Shown here: one piece after another, positions 19,391-28,805 of the stretch
How positions within the stretch are numbered: position 1 is the first letter of the stretch
Layout of the letters: each line of letters begins with the position of its first letter
Source: a virus
Virus record (IMG/VR): IMGVR_UViG_3300008262_003578
Strand: one strand, 5' to 3'
DNA: 64,000 nt
Position numbers and translations under genes: made by a program
The notes under the pieces: generated by a model
Databases searched by the model: none
What the model saw: the letters and a program-made list of their open reading frames with translations, nothing else
What the model was told of the DNA's origin: nothing

Positions 19391-19924
19391 ATGAAAACAA
19401 AAAACACATACATCTTATTCGTTTTTGCTGTTGATGAAGACCAAGATAAGTTTGTTACAACGTTAGGTGAAGAAATATCAATGTTAGCGTTGTCAACTGA
19501 TGTGAGATATTATTACGGACCACAATCGGCGGTATATGTATTCACATCAGATGAAAAATTTAAAAATTTATCTGAATTCATTAAAATTATGTTTGAGGTG
19601 GAAAATATTCCATTTATGTTACTACCTTTGGATAAAGAAAATATGGCTTCAGGTTTTGGAAAAGAGGTTGACAAGCATTTATTTGGGAATACTCCTTTAG
19701 TAATTAAACCTACAAATATTTCTAAAATAAATAGGATTAATGAGATGTTTGAAGATTTAATACATGAAGATTTTGATGAAGAAGATGATGAAATTGAGAA
19801 ATTAAGGTCAAAATCTTATGAACCTTCAGTTAATGATATTCTTGATAAAATTAGAGATGTCGGTATTAAGTCATTAACCAAACAAGAGAAAACTATTTTA
19901 GATAATTACGCAAAACAACTATAA
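19391..19924 (+). CDS. Hypothetical protein
   Basis: Start moved to ATG 19391 downstream of the -7 element; C-terminal ILDKI...GIKSLTKQEK.IL motif. Confidence 0.7.
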   Translation: MKTKNTYILFVFAVDEDQDKFVTTLGEEISMLALSTDVRYYYGPQSAVYVFTSDEKFKNLSEFIKIMFEVENIPFMLLPLDKENMASGFGKEVDKHLFGNTPLVIKPTNISKINRINEMFEDLIHEDFDEEDDEIEKLRSKSYEPSVNDILDKIRDVGIKSLTKQEKTILDNYAKQL

Positions 19925-19928
19925 TAAT

Positions 19929-20729
19929 ATGAAAGAGAAAAACTTATCAATTCCGATTAATCAAGAAGAAATCCAACTTTATCTTAAAGATATTCGTAAG
20001 ATAAAAGTTATGACACCTGAAAGAGAAAGAGAGCTTTCCAATCTAATGAAGACAGGAAATCTTTCCGATACTCAAAAAGAAAGGGTGTATAAAGAATTAT
20101 TAGAGGGTAATTTACGTTTTGTTATCACGGTTGCTAAACAATATCAAAATCAAGGTTTAGATTTCCCTGACTTAGTTGCTGAAGGTAATTTAGGTTTAAT
20201 GAAAGCGATTAAAAATTTTGATTGGGGTAAAGACCTTAGATTTATTTCTTATGCGGTTTGGTGGGTTAAACAATCAATTTTACAATCTTTAAATGATAAT
20301 GCGAGAACAATAAGACTCCCAGTTAACGTTGTACAAGATTTACATAAGGCAAAAAAAGAGATTGAATCCAATGGGGGTAAATTAGATGATAAATTTCAAA
20401 ACTTACCAAGCATGATTGATTTAGATATGAATATCAATGAAGATGGTGATACATTGGTTGATATTATAAAAAACGATGATGCTGAAATGCCTGATGAGGT
20501 ATTCAATAGTAAGGACATGTTGAAACAAAAAATGTTTGAAATTTTAAACATTCTTGATGAACGTGAGAAAGTTATCATTGGTGATTATTTCGGGTTAACT
20601 GGTACTCCAAGAACGTTAGAAGACATTGGGTCTGATTTTGATTTGACTAAAGAAAGAGTTAGACAGATTAAAGAAAAGGCTCTTAGAAAATTAAGGAATG
20701 AAAGTTCGGTTTTGTTTGACTACCTATAA
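19929..20729 (+). CDS. rpoD: RNA polymerase sigma70 (RpoD-like, Bacteroidetes type, no region 1.1)
   Basis: NLRFV..VAKQYQNQGL...DL..EGNLGLMKA, FISYAVWW..QSI, RTIRLP, LE.IG..F.LTKERVRQIKEKALRKL. Confidence 0.9.
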   Translation: MKEKNLSIPINQEEIQLYLKDIRKIKVMTPERERELSNLMKTGNLSDTQKERVYKELLEGNLRFVITVAKQYQNQGLDFPDLVAEGNLGLMKAIKNFDWGKDLRFISYAVWWVKQSILQSLNDNARTIRLPVNVVQDLHKAKKEIESNGGKLDDKFQNLPSMIDLDMNINEDGDTLVDIIKNDDAEMPDEVFNSKDMLKQKMFEILNILDEREKVIIGDYFGLTGTPRTLEDIGSDFDLTKERVRQIKEKALRKLRNESSVLFDYL

Positions 20730-20736
20730 AAAAAGT

Positions 20737-20771
20737 AAAACCTTCTATTTATTATGGTAGAAGGTTTTTTT
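20737..20771 (+). terminator. Intrinsic terminator with TATTTAT in its loop
   Basis: aaaaccttcta / tagaaggtttt stem followed by T-run. Confidence 0.7.
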
Positions 20772-20792
20772 ATTTTAATAAAAATTATTGTT

Positions 20793-21122
20793 ATGAAAAA
20801 AGTTATTGATTTTGTTAAAAAGTTTAAAATTCATATTTTGGCTACGCTTTTATTTATTTTCCTTATGCGTTCTTGTATCAAGTCAGGTGAAGTTAGGAAA
20901 TTAGATAAAGTTAAAACCGCTAATGAAAATGTTATTGATAGTTTAACACGACTTGTTAATGGTCAAAAAGATACAATTAATAATATATCTGAAGTTATTA
21001 GACAAGAAAAAATAAAAGTCCATAGAGATTACGATGACTACATTTCCTCAAAAGATAGAGGACCGCAACTTATGGAATTACATGCGGTTGTTAAGAAAAA
21101 TATTCAAGAACTTGAAAAATGA
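20793..21122 (+). CDS. Membrane-anchored coiled-coil protein (spanin-like?)
   Basis: N-terminal hydrophobic segment ending MRSC, then coiled coil; start moved to 20793. Confidence 0.5.
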   Translation: MKKVIDFVKKFKIHILATLLFIFLMRSCIKSGEVRKLDKVKTANENVIDSLTRLVNGQKDTINNISEVIRQEKIKVHRDYDDYISSKDRGPQLMELHAVVKKNIQELEK

Positions 21123-21949
21123 AAAAAATATTTAATTGGGTAAAAGATAATCCAAATAGAAGTATGTTTCTGTTACCAATTATTTTGGTTGCGGGTATTT
21201 CTATTTCACACGTTGTAAGTTGGTATGATATTGCAAACCCTTTTAGTTGGGCGATATATCTATCAATAGCAATTGAAGTTGGGGCGATGACCGCACTTGT
21301 TGCTGCGACCAATAAAATCAAAGGAGGGGTATGGTTTATGTTTGGTTTAATAACATTAATCCAAATGATTGGTAATATCTTTTTCTCATATAAAGAAATT
21401 GATGGTAATGGAACTTTATTTAAATCTTGGGTTGAGTTAACAGGTCCATTATGGGAAATGATGGGGTCAGACCCGACAGATGTAATATCAATGAAACGAT
21501 GGTTGGCCTTCCTAGAAGGTGGTTTATTACCCGTTATCTCATTAACATCATTACATTTCTTTGTTAAATATGAAAGTAATAATACCGTAAAGGAGACTGT
21601 AAACGAGATTGTAAATGAGGAAATAACTGAGGATAATGATAATGAATATCCAGAACCAAATGAAAAAATAATAAACGCTAAAAAAGTTTGGGAAAAAGTT
21701 AATGAATTAAGACAAGAAGGTAAATTACCTGAACCCCCTACTGAGGAAGAACTTGCAGAAGAACCGACAGCATTAGCATTTACCCCTTATGATACTCAAG
21801 AAATGGAAGAGGAGATTGAGGAGGAAGTTGAATTAACAGAAAATACAAAATTTCCGATAGATAGAATGTTAGAGTTTGATGATATTATGACAACTACAAC
21901 AACTACCGATGATGGAATTAGAAGATTGAGTTATGTTAAAAATACATAA
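21119..21949 (+). CDS. Multi-TM membrane protein with acidic tail (holin-like candidate)
   Basis: 3-4 hydrophobic helices; directly upstream of the amidase. Confidence 0.55.
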   Translation: MKKIFNWVKDNPNRSMFLLPIILVAGISISHVVSWYDIANPFSWAIYLSIAIEVGAMTALVAATNKIKGGVWFMFGLITLIQMIGNIFFSYKEIDGNGTLFKSWVELTGPLWEMMGSDPTDVISMKRWLAFLEGGLLPVISLTSLHFFVKYESNNTVKETVNEIVNEEITEDNDNEYPEPNEKIINAKKVWEKVNELRQEGKLPEPPTEEELAEEPTALAFTPYDTQEMEEEIEEEVELTENTKFPIDRMLEFDDIMTTTTTTDDGIRRLSYVKNT

Positions 21950-21972
21950 TGATAAAATTTTTATAAATCATT

Positions 21973-22575
21973 ATGGAAATTATAAAACACGGAGATTTTA
22001 AACCAACAGGTAAACAAAAGAAAAAACATCAAATAATTTTAACCCACACATCAAGAAATGTGAATGAGTATCTTCAGGGGTTAAAATATCGTTATAATGG
22101 GGATTTTAAAAGAATCCCCAATTATATTATAACTAGAGAAGGTAAGATACTTAAGTTATTGGATAATAACGAACACACAAATTACTTCAAAGAACCCAAT
22201 ATCAATAGAAATTCAGTTATTATATGTTTAGAAAATTTGGGTTGGTTACAAAAAGAACCCCTATCAGACTATTACGTTAACTGGATTGGTGATATTTATA
22301 AAGGTAAAGTGTACGAAAAAAAATGGAGAGACTATTATTTTTGGCAACCTTACACCGAAAAACAAGTTGATTCAACAGTTAATCTGTGTAAAGAAATATT
22401 CAAAAATATGTCAATAACTCCAAGTATTATCGGACATAATACAAAAATAAATGGGGCTCATAAGTTTGAAGGTGTGGTAACAAGAAGTAATTTCTATACA
22501 GATAAAACTGATTTAAGTCCAGCATTCAATTATGAAGAGTTTTTAAAAAAAATAGAACATGAAGAACAAGCATGA
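21973..22575 (+). CDS. N-acetylmuramoyl-L-alanine amidase (Amidase_2-like endolysin)
   Basis: IILTHT, NYII..EGKI, NRNSVIICLE, YT.KQ, IIGHN pattern. Confidence 0.7.
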   Translation: MEIIKHGDFKPTGKQKKKHQIILTHTSRNVNEYLQGLKYRYNGDFKRIPNYIITREGKILKLLDNNEHTNYFKEPNINRNSVIICLENLGWLQKEPLSDYYVNWIGDIYKGKVYEKKWRDYYFWQPYTEKQVDSTVNLCKEIFKNMSITPSIIGHNTKINGAHKFEGVVTRSNFYTDKTDLSPAFNYEEFLKKIEHEEQA

Positions 22576-23188
22576 TGAAATAAAAGATTTGTTAAAGGCG
22601 ACTAGAAATATGTTGTCAAATTCTTTAGTTAAAGAAGAAACCGAAAGAATTAAAAAAACTTATGGTATGTTAACCGAAGAAGACGTTTTGAAAAAATATA
22701 ATGTCGGTAAAGCAATTGAAGATTCAATTGAAGATGATGAAGACGAGGAAAAAGATGAGTACGAAGTAAGTGATGATAATAAAGAAAAAGAAACTGCGGA
22801 CGATAAGAAACAAGGTTACAGAATATCTGGTGGAATATTAGTTTTACACGGTAAAGATAATACTGACTTAGAATTAACTACGGATGAAAAAATCGCCTTC
22901 CAAGAAACTATGGACGAGTTCGTTAGTGAGGTTTCAGATTTAGTTGATTTCAATAAGTTAAACGTCTATTCAAAGAACGTTGAATGGTCAGGTAAAATTA
23001 TTGATTTTGATATTGAATTTTTCTACTCAATAGGTGAAGAAAATGGTGTTTATATTCAAGGGGATATGATTAAGACTGATGAAAAGTTTTTAGATATGGT
23101 GAATAAATTAAAAGTTTATTACGATAAGTTTAAATCTAAGTGGGCTAAAGTTTTAGCATCAAGAAAGAAAACTTCACCAAATGAGTAA
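22559..23188 (+). CDS. Acidic hypothetical protein (head-associated?)
   Basis: 209 aa; LVKEE / LTEE motifs near N-terminus. Confidence 0.65.
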   Translation: MKNKHDEIKDLLKATRNMLSNSLVKEETERIKKTYGMLTEEDVLKKYNVGKAIEDSIEDDEDEEKDEYEVSDDNKEKETADDKKQGYRISGGILVLHGKDNTDLELTTDEKIAFQETMDEFVSEVSDLVDFNKLNVYSKNVEWSGKIIDFDIEFFYSIGEENGVYIQGDMIKTDEKFLDMVNKLKVYYDKFKSKWAKVLASRKKTSPNE

Positions 23189-23810
23189 ATTCTTTGAAAA
23201 AATTGACACAAAAACAATAATAATTTTCGGATTAATTATTGTCATTTTTTTATTGAATATGTGCTCAACGGATATCAGTGATGATAAGAAAAAAGTAAAA
23301 ATTGCGGGAAAAACTTATACTATAATTAAACACGAAATTGATACTGTATTAGTACCTGTAAAACAAGTTATATATAAAGATGGTAAAGAAATATATCGTG
23401 AAAATACGATTTATGTTGATGTACCGTCAAATGTTGATACAAACGGTATTATCAGAAATTATTACAGTCAGGTTGTTTATAAAGATACATTAAAACTTGG
23501 TGATAGTTTAGGGTATATCTCTGTTGTTGATACTATTTTTAATAATTCCATTTTAAATAGGAAGTGGGAGTCTTATGTGAATAAAATTACCGTTAAAGAG
23601 GTTCTTTATCTGAAACAAGACCCACGACTACAATTTTTTGTTGGAGGATTTGGTGGGTACAATTCAGGATTAAATAGTGTGTACCTTGGACCTACTATAA
23701 TGTTAAAAAATAAAAAAGAAAATACGTTTAATCTTGGAATCGGGGTTGGAACTGGAAAAGAAGTTTTACTTCAAGGAGGTATTTATAGATTAATTAGATT
23801 AAAGAAATAA
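23181..23810 (+). CDS. Membrane-anchored/lipoprotein-like protein (spanin-like?)
   Basis: IIIFGLIIVIFLLNMC signal/TM; DTV, KDTL, DSL, DTI repeats; beta-rich C-terminus. Confidence 0.55.
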   Translation: MSKFFEKIDTKTIIIFGLIIVIFLLNMCSTDISDDKKKVKIAGKTYTIIKHEIDTVLVPVKQVIYKDGKEIYRENTIYVDVPSNVDTNGIIRNYYSQVVYKDTLKLGDSLGYISVVDTIFNNSILNRKWESYVNKITVKEVLYLKQDPRLQFFVGGFGGYNSGLNSVYLGPTIMLKNKKENTFNLGIGVGTGKEVLLQGGIYRLIRLKK

Positions 23811-23811
23811 T

Positions 23812-24057
23812 ATGGCACTTACTACAACTGAAAAAAGAGAGATTGAAACAATGATTCGTAAAGAAATTAAAGATTTCATTGGTAGTAATACTATGAAACA
23901 ATACGAAGATAAGTTATTAACTATCTTGGCTAAAGAAATTAGTAGAGGTAAAGTTCAGGGTGATGTTAAAGATGTTGTTATAAAAGTTTTCAGAGAATTC
24001 TACAATTTTATGTGGACTCAACGAGGTTATTGGGAACCTAGATTAAAAAATGCTTGA
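23812..24057 (+). CDS. Hypothetical protein
   Basis: 81-aa ORF in operon. Confidence 0.7.
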   Translation: MALTTTEKREIETMIRKEIKDFIGSNTMKQYEDKLLTILAKEISRGKVQGDVKDVVIKVFREFYNFMWTQRGYWEPRLKNA

Positions 24058-24060
24058 TAG

Positions 24061-24624
24061 ATGAATTTAAGTGAAGATTTTATGTCAAATTTAAAAAGTG
24101 CTATACCTAAACAAATGAGTTCTGCGGGAGTTTTTAATTCAGGTGTTGAAGGTGGTAATATTGAAGCTATGAAAAGTATTAATACGTATAACCGTGAATT
24201 AAGTGAAGAACCCAACAATGGTGAAACTGATGAGGGAATGGGCGCGGCTTCTGCTGGTGGGTACTCAACACAACTGTTTAGTGCTACAAAGAAAGATATT
24301 GAGGACATCACTAAAGTTGAGGCGACTGAAGCAACTGGCTCTGTATCATCAGGGTCTTACTTAACCACCGCCGCTTGGGCTAAGTCAACAAAAAAGAAAG
24401 ATTGGAGGGGTAAATCTAAAACTCAAATACCTGGAGGTAAGTTCGTTCAAGTTAAGAAAAAATGTAAAAAATTTCCTTATTGTAATCAAGGGGATATAAA
24501 TGCTCTTAAATTAACTAATGAGGGTATTGTTGACAATGTGATTAAAAAACTTAGTGAGAAATATAATTTAAGTGAGTCGGTGATTAGAACTATTTTAAAA
24601 AATCATTTGAATCAAAATAAATAA
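24061..24624 (+). CDS. Hypothetical head-associated protein
   Basis: 187 aa with KKCKKFPYCNQG motif and LSESVIRTILK helix. Confidence 0.65.
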   Translation: MNLSEDFMSNLKSAIPKQMSSAGVFNSGVEGGNIEAMKSINTYNRELSEEPNNGETDEGMGAASAGGYSTQLFSATKKDIEDITKVEATEATGSVSSGSYLTTAAWAKSTKKKDWRGKSKTQIPGGKFVQVKKKCKKFPYCNQGDINALKLTNEGIVDNVIKKLSEKYNLSESVIRTILKNHLNQNK

Positions 24625-24662
24625 ACCTGATTTTATAGGTATTTATAAAAAAAAACAAAACA

Positions 24663-26429
24663 ATGAAAAGAAGACTAAATGAAAGTTATATTAATTCTAT
24701 CGTTAGTAAATTTTTAAATGAGAATTTAGAAGAAAGGGCTGACGAACTTATGTCAAAAATAAAGACTAATGTTAACGAACTTGGAGGTATGGAAGACGAC
24801 CATCCAAAGTTTGGTAAATTAAATTTTTCAAAAATGTCACGAGAAGAAATTGACGCATTAATGAATGATTATGTTGACTCTGATGAAGAAGAAGATGGAA
24901 CAATGAGAGGTCGTTTCTTTGATGATGAAGATTCGGGTGACAACGAATGGACTGAACTTGATATTGATTCCGATACAGAGTTGGATGAGGGATTTGATGA
25001 CCCGTATATTCAAAAAGCAAGAGGTGGTAAAGATTATTCTTCAAGAGAGTTTAAAAAAATACCTAAAGGTAGAGATATTGATATGAGAAATTTAAGAGAC
25101 GACTCAATAACACCTAGTAAATATTTGGGTAATAAAATGGATGATATTTCTGACTTATTTAAAAGAAATTTCCGTGATGATGACGATGATGACTATGATT
25201 ACAATTTTGACGATGAAGATGGTGGTGATTTAGTGTCAGAAATGGAAAAATCACTTTGTGAATGTGGTGGAAATATGTATGAAGGTGAATGTATGGAATG
25301 CGGTAAATCATATGGTATGATGGATGAAGACATTTATGATGTTGATGATTTAGACGATTCTAATGAATTTGACTACGTAGAAGAAGGTGTATTTGATGAA
25401 GAAGGTGATGAAGAATTTGATTACACTAGTGATGAGCCAAATGTTGGTGGATGTAAAGCAGTTAACGATGTAATTCGTAATCAAGGAGGTAAAGTCACTG
25501 ATTTAGATAAGGAACTTATGAAAAGATATGATTGTAAGTCAGAAATGACCGAGAGACTTCATGGTAGACAAAGAGTTTTGGACAAAAACAAAAATAATAA
25601 AATTGATGATGAGGACTTTAAAATGTTACAAGGTAAAAAATCTGAAACTAAAGAAGGTAAAAAGTTTCCTGATTTAAGTGGTGACGGTAAAGTAACTCGT
25701 AAAGATATTCTTTTAGGTCGTGGAGTTAAACTAGGTAAGAATGGTAAGAAAAGTAAGATTAAAGAATCTGTAAAACTTACTGAAGATGAAATGATTGAGT
25801 TAATTGAGAATATTATCAAAGAAGAAGAGAAGTTAAAAGTTATTGGTGGAAAACCTAAAGGTCTTACTAAGTATGAAGAAGTTCATAGAAAAGACGGTAA
25901 GGAAAATGATGAATATTTAAAATCGGTTGCTGCTAAAATGAAAGAATATTTGAAAGACGGTTCAAAAGGTGAGTATACTGAAAGTCCAAAACATTTCCCA
26001 AAAGGTAATGGACAGTTAGCCAAAATGGCCGCAAAGAAATATACAATGTCAGATGACGGTAAAGATTTTTTAAATAATTATATGAAACCAGGGATGGAAG
26101 ATTTAGTACCTGAAGAAATTGAATATGATGAAGATTGGGTGTCCGATACAATTGAAGGGTCCTCAAGAACAGGTAATTCGGATGAATATGCTAATGCTGA
26201 ACAAACCGAGGTGAATAAAAATGTTAATAAGAAAAGAAAGGCTAAGAAATTTCACAAGGCGAAAGAAACGGCATATAGAAAATCTAGAGTCCCTGTTACT
26301 GACGGTACTGGTGAGAATTCAGGTTCAGGAATTCATATTAAAGAATCTGATACTAAAGAAAGTAAAGTATTAAACGAAGAGTTCAACAAGATTCAACACC
26401 TGATGAATTACGACAGAAAGACTCAATAA
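24663..26429 (+). CDS. Highly acidic scaffold/core-like protein with EF-hand-like loops and Zn knuckle
   Basis: D/E-rich; CECGG...CMECG; DKNKNNKIDDEDF and DLSGDGKVTRKDI loops; KLTEDEMIELIENIIKEE helix; TATTTAT at 24640-24646. Confidence 0.65.
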   Translation: MKRRLNESYINSIVSKFLNENLEERADELMSKIKTNVNELGGMEDDHPKFGKLNFSKMSREEIDALMNDYVDSDEEEDGTMRGRFFDDEDSGDNEWTELDIDSDTELDEGFDDPYIQKARGGKDYSSREFKKIPKGRDIDMRNLRDDSITPSKYLGNKMDDISDLFKRNFRDDDDDDYDYNFDDEDGGDLVSEMEKSLCECGGNMYEGECMECGKSYGMMDEDIYDVDDLDDSNEFDYVEEGVFDEEGDEEFDYTSDEPNVGGCKAVNDVIRNQGGKVTDLDKELMKRYDCKSEMTERLHGRQRVLDKNKNNKIDDEDFKMLQGKKSETKEGKKFPDLSGDGKVTRKDILLGRGVKLGKNGKKSKIKESVKLTEDEMIELIENIIKEEEKLKVIGGKPKGLTKYEEVHRKDGKENDEYLKSVAAKMKEYLKDGSKGEYTESPKHFPKGNGQLAKMAAKKYTMSDDGKDFLNNYMKPGMEDLVPEEIEYDEDWVSDTIEGSSRTGNSDEYANAEQTEVNKNVNKKRKAKKFHKAKETAYRKSRVPVTDGTGENSGSGIHIKESDTKESKVLNEEFNKIQHLMNYDRKTQ

Positions 26430-26476
26430 TTTACATTAACACATATTTAATTATTATTTCTCCATAGACGAACTCT

Positions 26477-26947
26477 ATGGAGAATTTTTTTAATTACCTA
26501 ACAAAACCAATTGCCCACGAAGATGTTTTAGTGTGGTTTGAGGCTAATAATATTATATATGAAAAATTAGAACTCTTTTCTGATTTTTCATTATCACTTT
26601 ATGAACTTATAAGAAAAACTTATTTGGGTGAAAGTGATGTTCCTGTTGACACCAAAATAACTTTAAGTGATGAAGATAATCAAAAACATTTTGAATGGTG
26701 TTGGAAAAGAACATTGGATAACTTTGAAAAGGAAGGAATAAAATTCTCAAGTAGAGGTGAACATTATGATTATTTTAAATCATTCTTCTTTGAAGTTTTT
26801 TATAATCAAAAAGAAGAATATCTTAAAAATTCGGTGGGAGAATTTTTTGATGACCTATTTAATATGGAAAAAGGGTTTACCAAGTCAGATTTAGATATGG
26901 TCTCAACAATGTATAAATTTTTAGACAAGAGTATTAAAAAATCTTGA
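26477..26947 (+). CDS. Hypothetical protein
   Basis: 156-aa ORF. Confidence 0.7.
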   Translation: MENFFNYLTKPIAHEDVLVWFEANNIIYEKLELFSDFSLSLYELIRKTYLGESDVPVDTKITLSDEDNQKHFEWCWKRTLDNFEKEGIKFSSRGEHYDYFKSFFFEVFYNQKEEYLKNSVGEFFDDLFNMEKGFTKSDLDMVSTMYKFLDKSIKKS

Positions 26948-27015
26948 TTCTATTTACAATGAGTCAAATAAAATTACATTTTACTTAAACAATAAAATTC
27001 ATTAAATTATTTTAA

Positions 27016-27195
27016 ATGGAAACATTAGAACAAATTAAAACATTGACAGAAGAATTGTCAGTTAATGGTACTAAGTTTTTTAAAGGTGGTAACAAAAGTG
27101 CGGGAACTAGAACTCGTAAAATTGCTCAAGAGTTAAAAGATTTGTTACAAACCCTTAGAAAAGAGGTATTAGAAGAAAGAAAAGGGACTGAGTAA
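27016..27195 (+). CDS. Histone H1-like (Hc1-type) nucleoid-associated protein (not in ORF track)
   Basis: METLEQIKTLTEELSVNGTKFFKGGNKSAGTRTRKIAQELKDLLQTLRKEVLEERKGTE; GNK(S/A)AGTR.RK signature of Bacteroidetes Hc1-like proteins. Confidence 0.75.
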   Translation: METLEQIKTLTEELSVNGTKFFKGGNKSAGTRTRKIAQELKDLLQTLRKEVLEERKGTE

Positions 27196-27383
27196 TGTAC
27201 AATATTGAAAGTATATTTTTATTCGTATTTATATTTTCAGTCTTAACTGTGTTAAGGACAGTTTTTAGGTTTATAAGTACCCTATTACAAAATCAGCCCG
27301 AAAGGATTGCATTGAGTAATAGGGTTCTAATTTACCTAGGGTTATCAATGTCATACATTATAACATATTTAATTAAATCATAA
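27195..27383 (+). CDS. Small 2-TM membrane protein
   Basis: 62 aa, two hydrophobic helices. Confidence 0.65.
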   Translation: MYNIESIFLFVFIFSVLTVLRTVFRFISTLLQNQPERIALSNRVLIYLGLSMSYIITYLIKS

Positions 27384-27384
27384 T

Positions 27385-27828
27385 ATGAGTTTATATAAAG
27401 AATTTTCAAGTCTTTTACCACATCTACAATCTGTAAGAAAATTAAAAGATTATTTTAGTTTTGACGTATCATTTCCATTATCTTGGAAATTACCAAAAAA
27501 ATATGTTGACGAAGATAGAGTAGTTGAACAGGAAAGTAAAACCGCAACACATAGGTTTTTTTCTTTTGTATCTGAAATAAATGAACAAGATGTGGACAGA
27601 ATTACCTCAAACATTAAAAATATTATTAAATATAACTTAGAGAGAGAAGAAAAAGAACGATTGTTTGAAAATAAGGTTAATGAGTTAAAAGGTATTTTTG
27701 AAAAACAAAATTTAAATAGTCTTAAAAATTTAAAGTTTCAGTTGAATTTAAATAAAATTGAATTAGATGACGATGAAGAAGAAATCAAACCATCTGAAGT
27801 GGTTAGAGACACAGATGACAAAGGATAA
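27385..27828 (+). CDS. Hypothetical coiled-coil protein
   Basis: 147-aa ORF. Confidence 0.7.
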   Translation: MSLYKEFSSLLPHLQSVRKLKDYFSFDVSFPLSWKLPKKYVDEDRVVEQESKTATHRFFSFVSEINEQDVDRITSNIKNIIKYNLEREEKERLFENKVNELKGIFEKQNLNSLKNLKFQLNLNKIELDDDEEEIKPSEVVRDTDDKG

Positions 27829-27967
27829 GAAAGAGTTAGAGATTGATAAAAATCAAATTATACAAAACATTAAAAAATTAAAAAAAGAGGATATTCTACC
27901 CAAAGTAGTTGTACCTAAAAAATTGACATTATGGCAGAAAATCAAGAGAGTATTGATGGGATTATAG
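27767..27967 (+). CDS. Small basic protein
   Basis: 66 aa ending LTLWQKIKRVLMGL; overlaps both neighbours. Confidence 0.6.
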   Translation: MTMKKKSNHLKWLETQMTKDKKELEIDKNQIIQNIKKLKKEDILPKVVVPKKLTLWQKIKRVLMGL

Positions 27968-28182
27968 AAAAATTAGCCATTATTGCCGATGCTTCAGATA
28001 CTCTATTCCCAAATGGGAGGAAGGCGATTATCTTTGAACTTAAAATAGACGACTTTAAGAAAGTACAGAAAAATTTTAGGGAGGTGGACCAATCCTTCAA
28101 GCAGTTTAAAATTGAAATATCTGGAACAGAATTCATCTTTTTGTTGGATGAGTTGTTGACTGACGAAAAAGATAAGATTTAG
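27931..28182 (+). CDS. Hypothetical protein
   Basis: 83 aa; 3' end overlaps the convergent minus-strand gene by 50 nt. Confidence 0.6.
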   Translation: MAENQESIDGIIEKLAIIADASDTLFPNGRKAIIFELKIDDFKKVQKNFREVDQSFKQFKIEISGTEFIFLLDELLTDEKDKI

Positions 28183-28771
28183 GGAATCCCTTCTCAGTCA
28201 GGATGTTATAGAGGTATTTCCTCTGATTAGTATCGTAATCTTTAATAAACATACAATCCATTCTTTTTAATTCCAAAAAATAAGATAACATTGAGTCAAT
28301 AAATCTTGATGAATCATCATCATTTTTGAAGGTGAATAATTTAAATACATCATCATTTTGAACAATAATTTTGTTATTTAACTTGGAAACCATTTTAAGA
28401 CCTGGCGAGTCTAAATATTTTTTAATAAATGTAGTGGTGTTTATTTTTTTCTTAGTGTTATAATCAAGGAAAAATTCATCAATATTATATGGGTTTATTT
28501 TAGTTATAATGTGTTCATTTTCATCTAACTCAACTTTTATTTGCCTACCAATATTGTCTTTTATAAATAAAGAATTGATGTTATTAGATTTTGGCTCTAA
28601 AAGACCTAATTCATAATTGGATTCAAATCCGTTATCGTATTGTTTAGAAAATATAATATTCTCACTTTTATCTATTAGTGTTTTATAAAAATTTTCGGCA
28701 CGTTTAAATGTTTTAAATTTCTTTATTATTTTCTTTTTTACTTTATTTTTAAACAGAACAATCATGTACAT
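28133..28771 (-). CDS. Hypothetical protein
   Basis: 212-aa ORF. Confidence 0.7.
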   Translation of the reverse strand: MYMIVLFKNKVKKKIIKKFKTFKRAENFYKTLIDKSENIIFSKQYDNGFESNYELGLLEPKSNNINSLFIKDNIGRQIKVELDENEHIITKINPYNIDEFFLDYNTKKKINTTTFIKKYLDSPGLKMVSKLNNKIIVQNDDVFKLFTFKNDDDSSRFIDSMLSYFLELKRMDCMFIKDYDTNQRKYLYNILTEKGFPKSYLFRQSTTHPTKR

Positions 28772-28805
28772 ACATAAAAAATTAATATAATAGAAAAAAA
28801 AGGAA

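Noticed and set aside
27385-28182. Programmed frameshift (tail-chaperone style) among overlapping small ORFs
   Set aside because: Each ORF has a plausible own start, and no clear slippery site with a downstream structure was found
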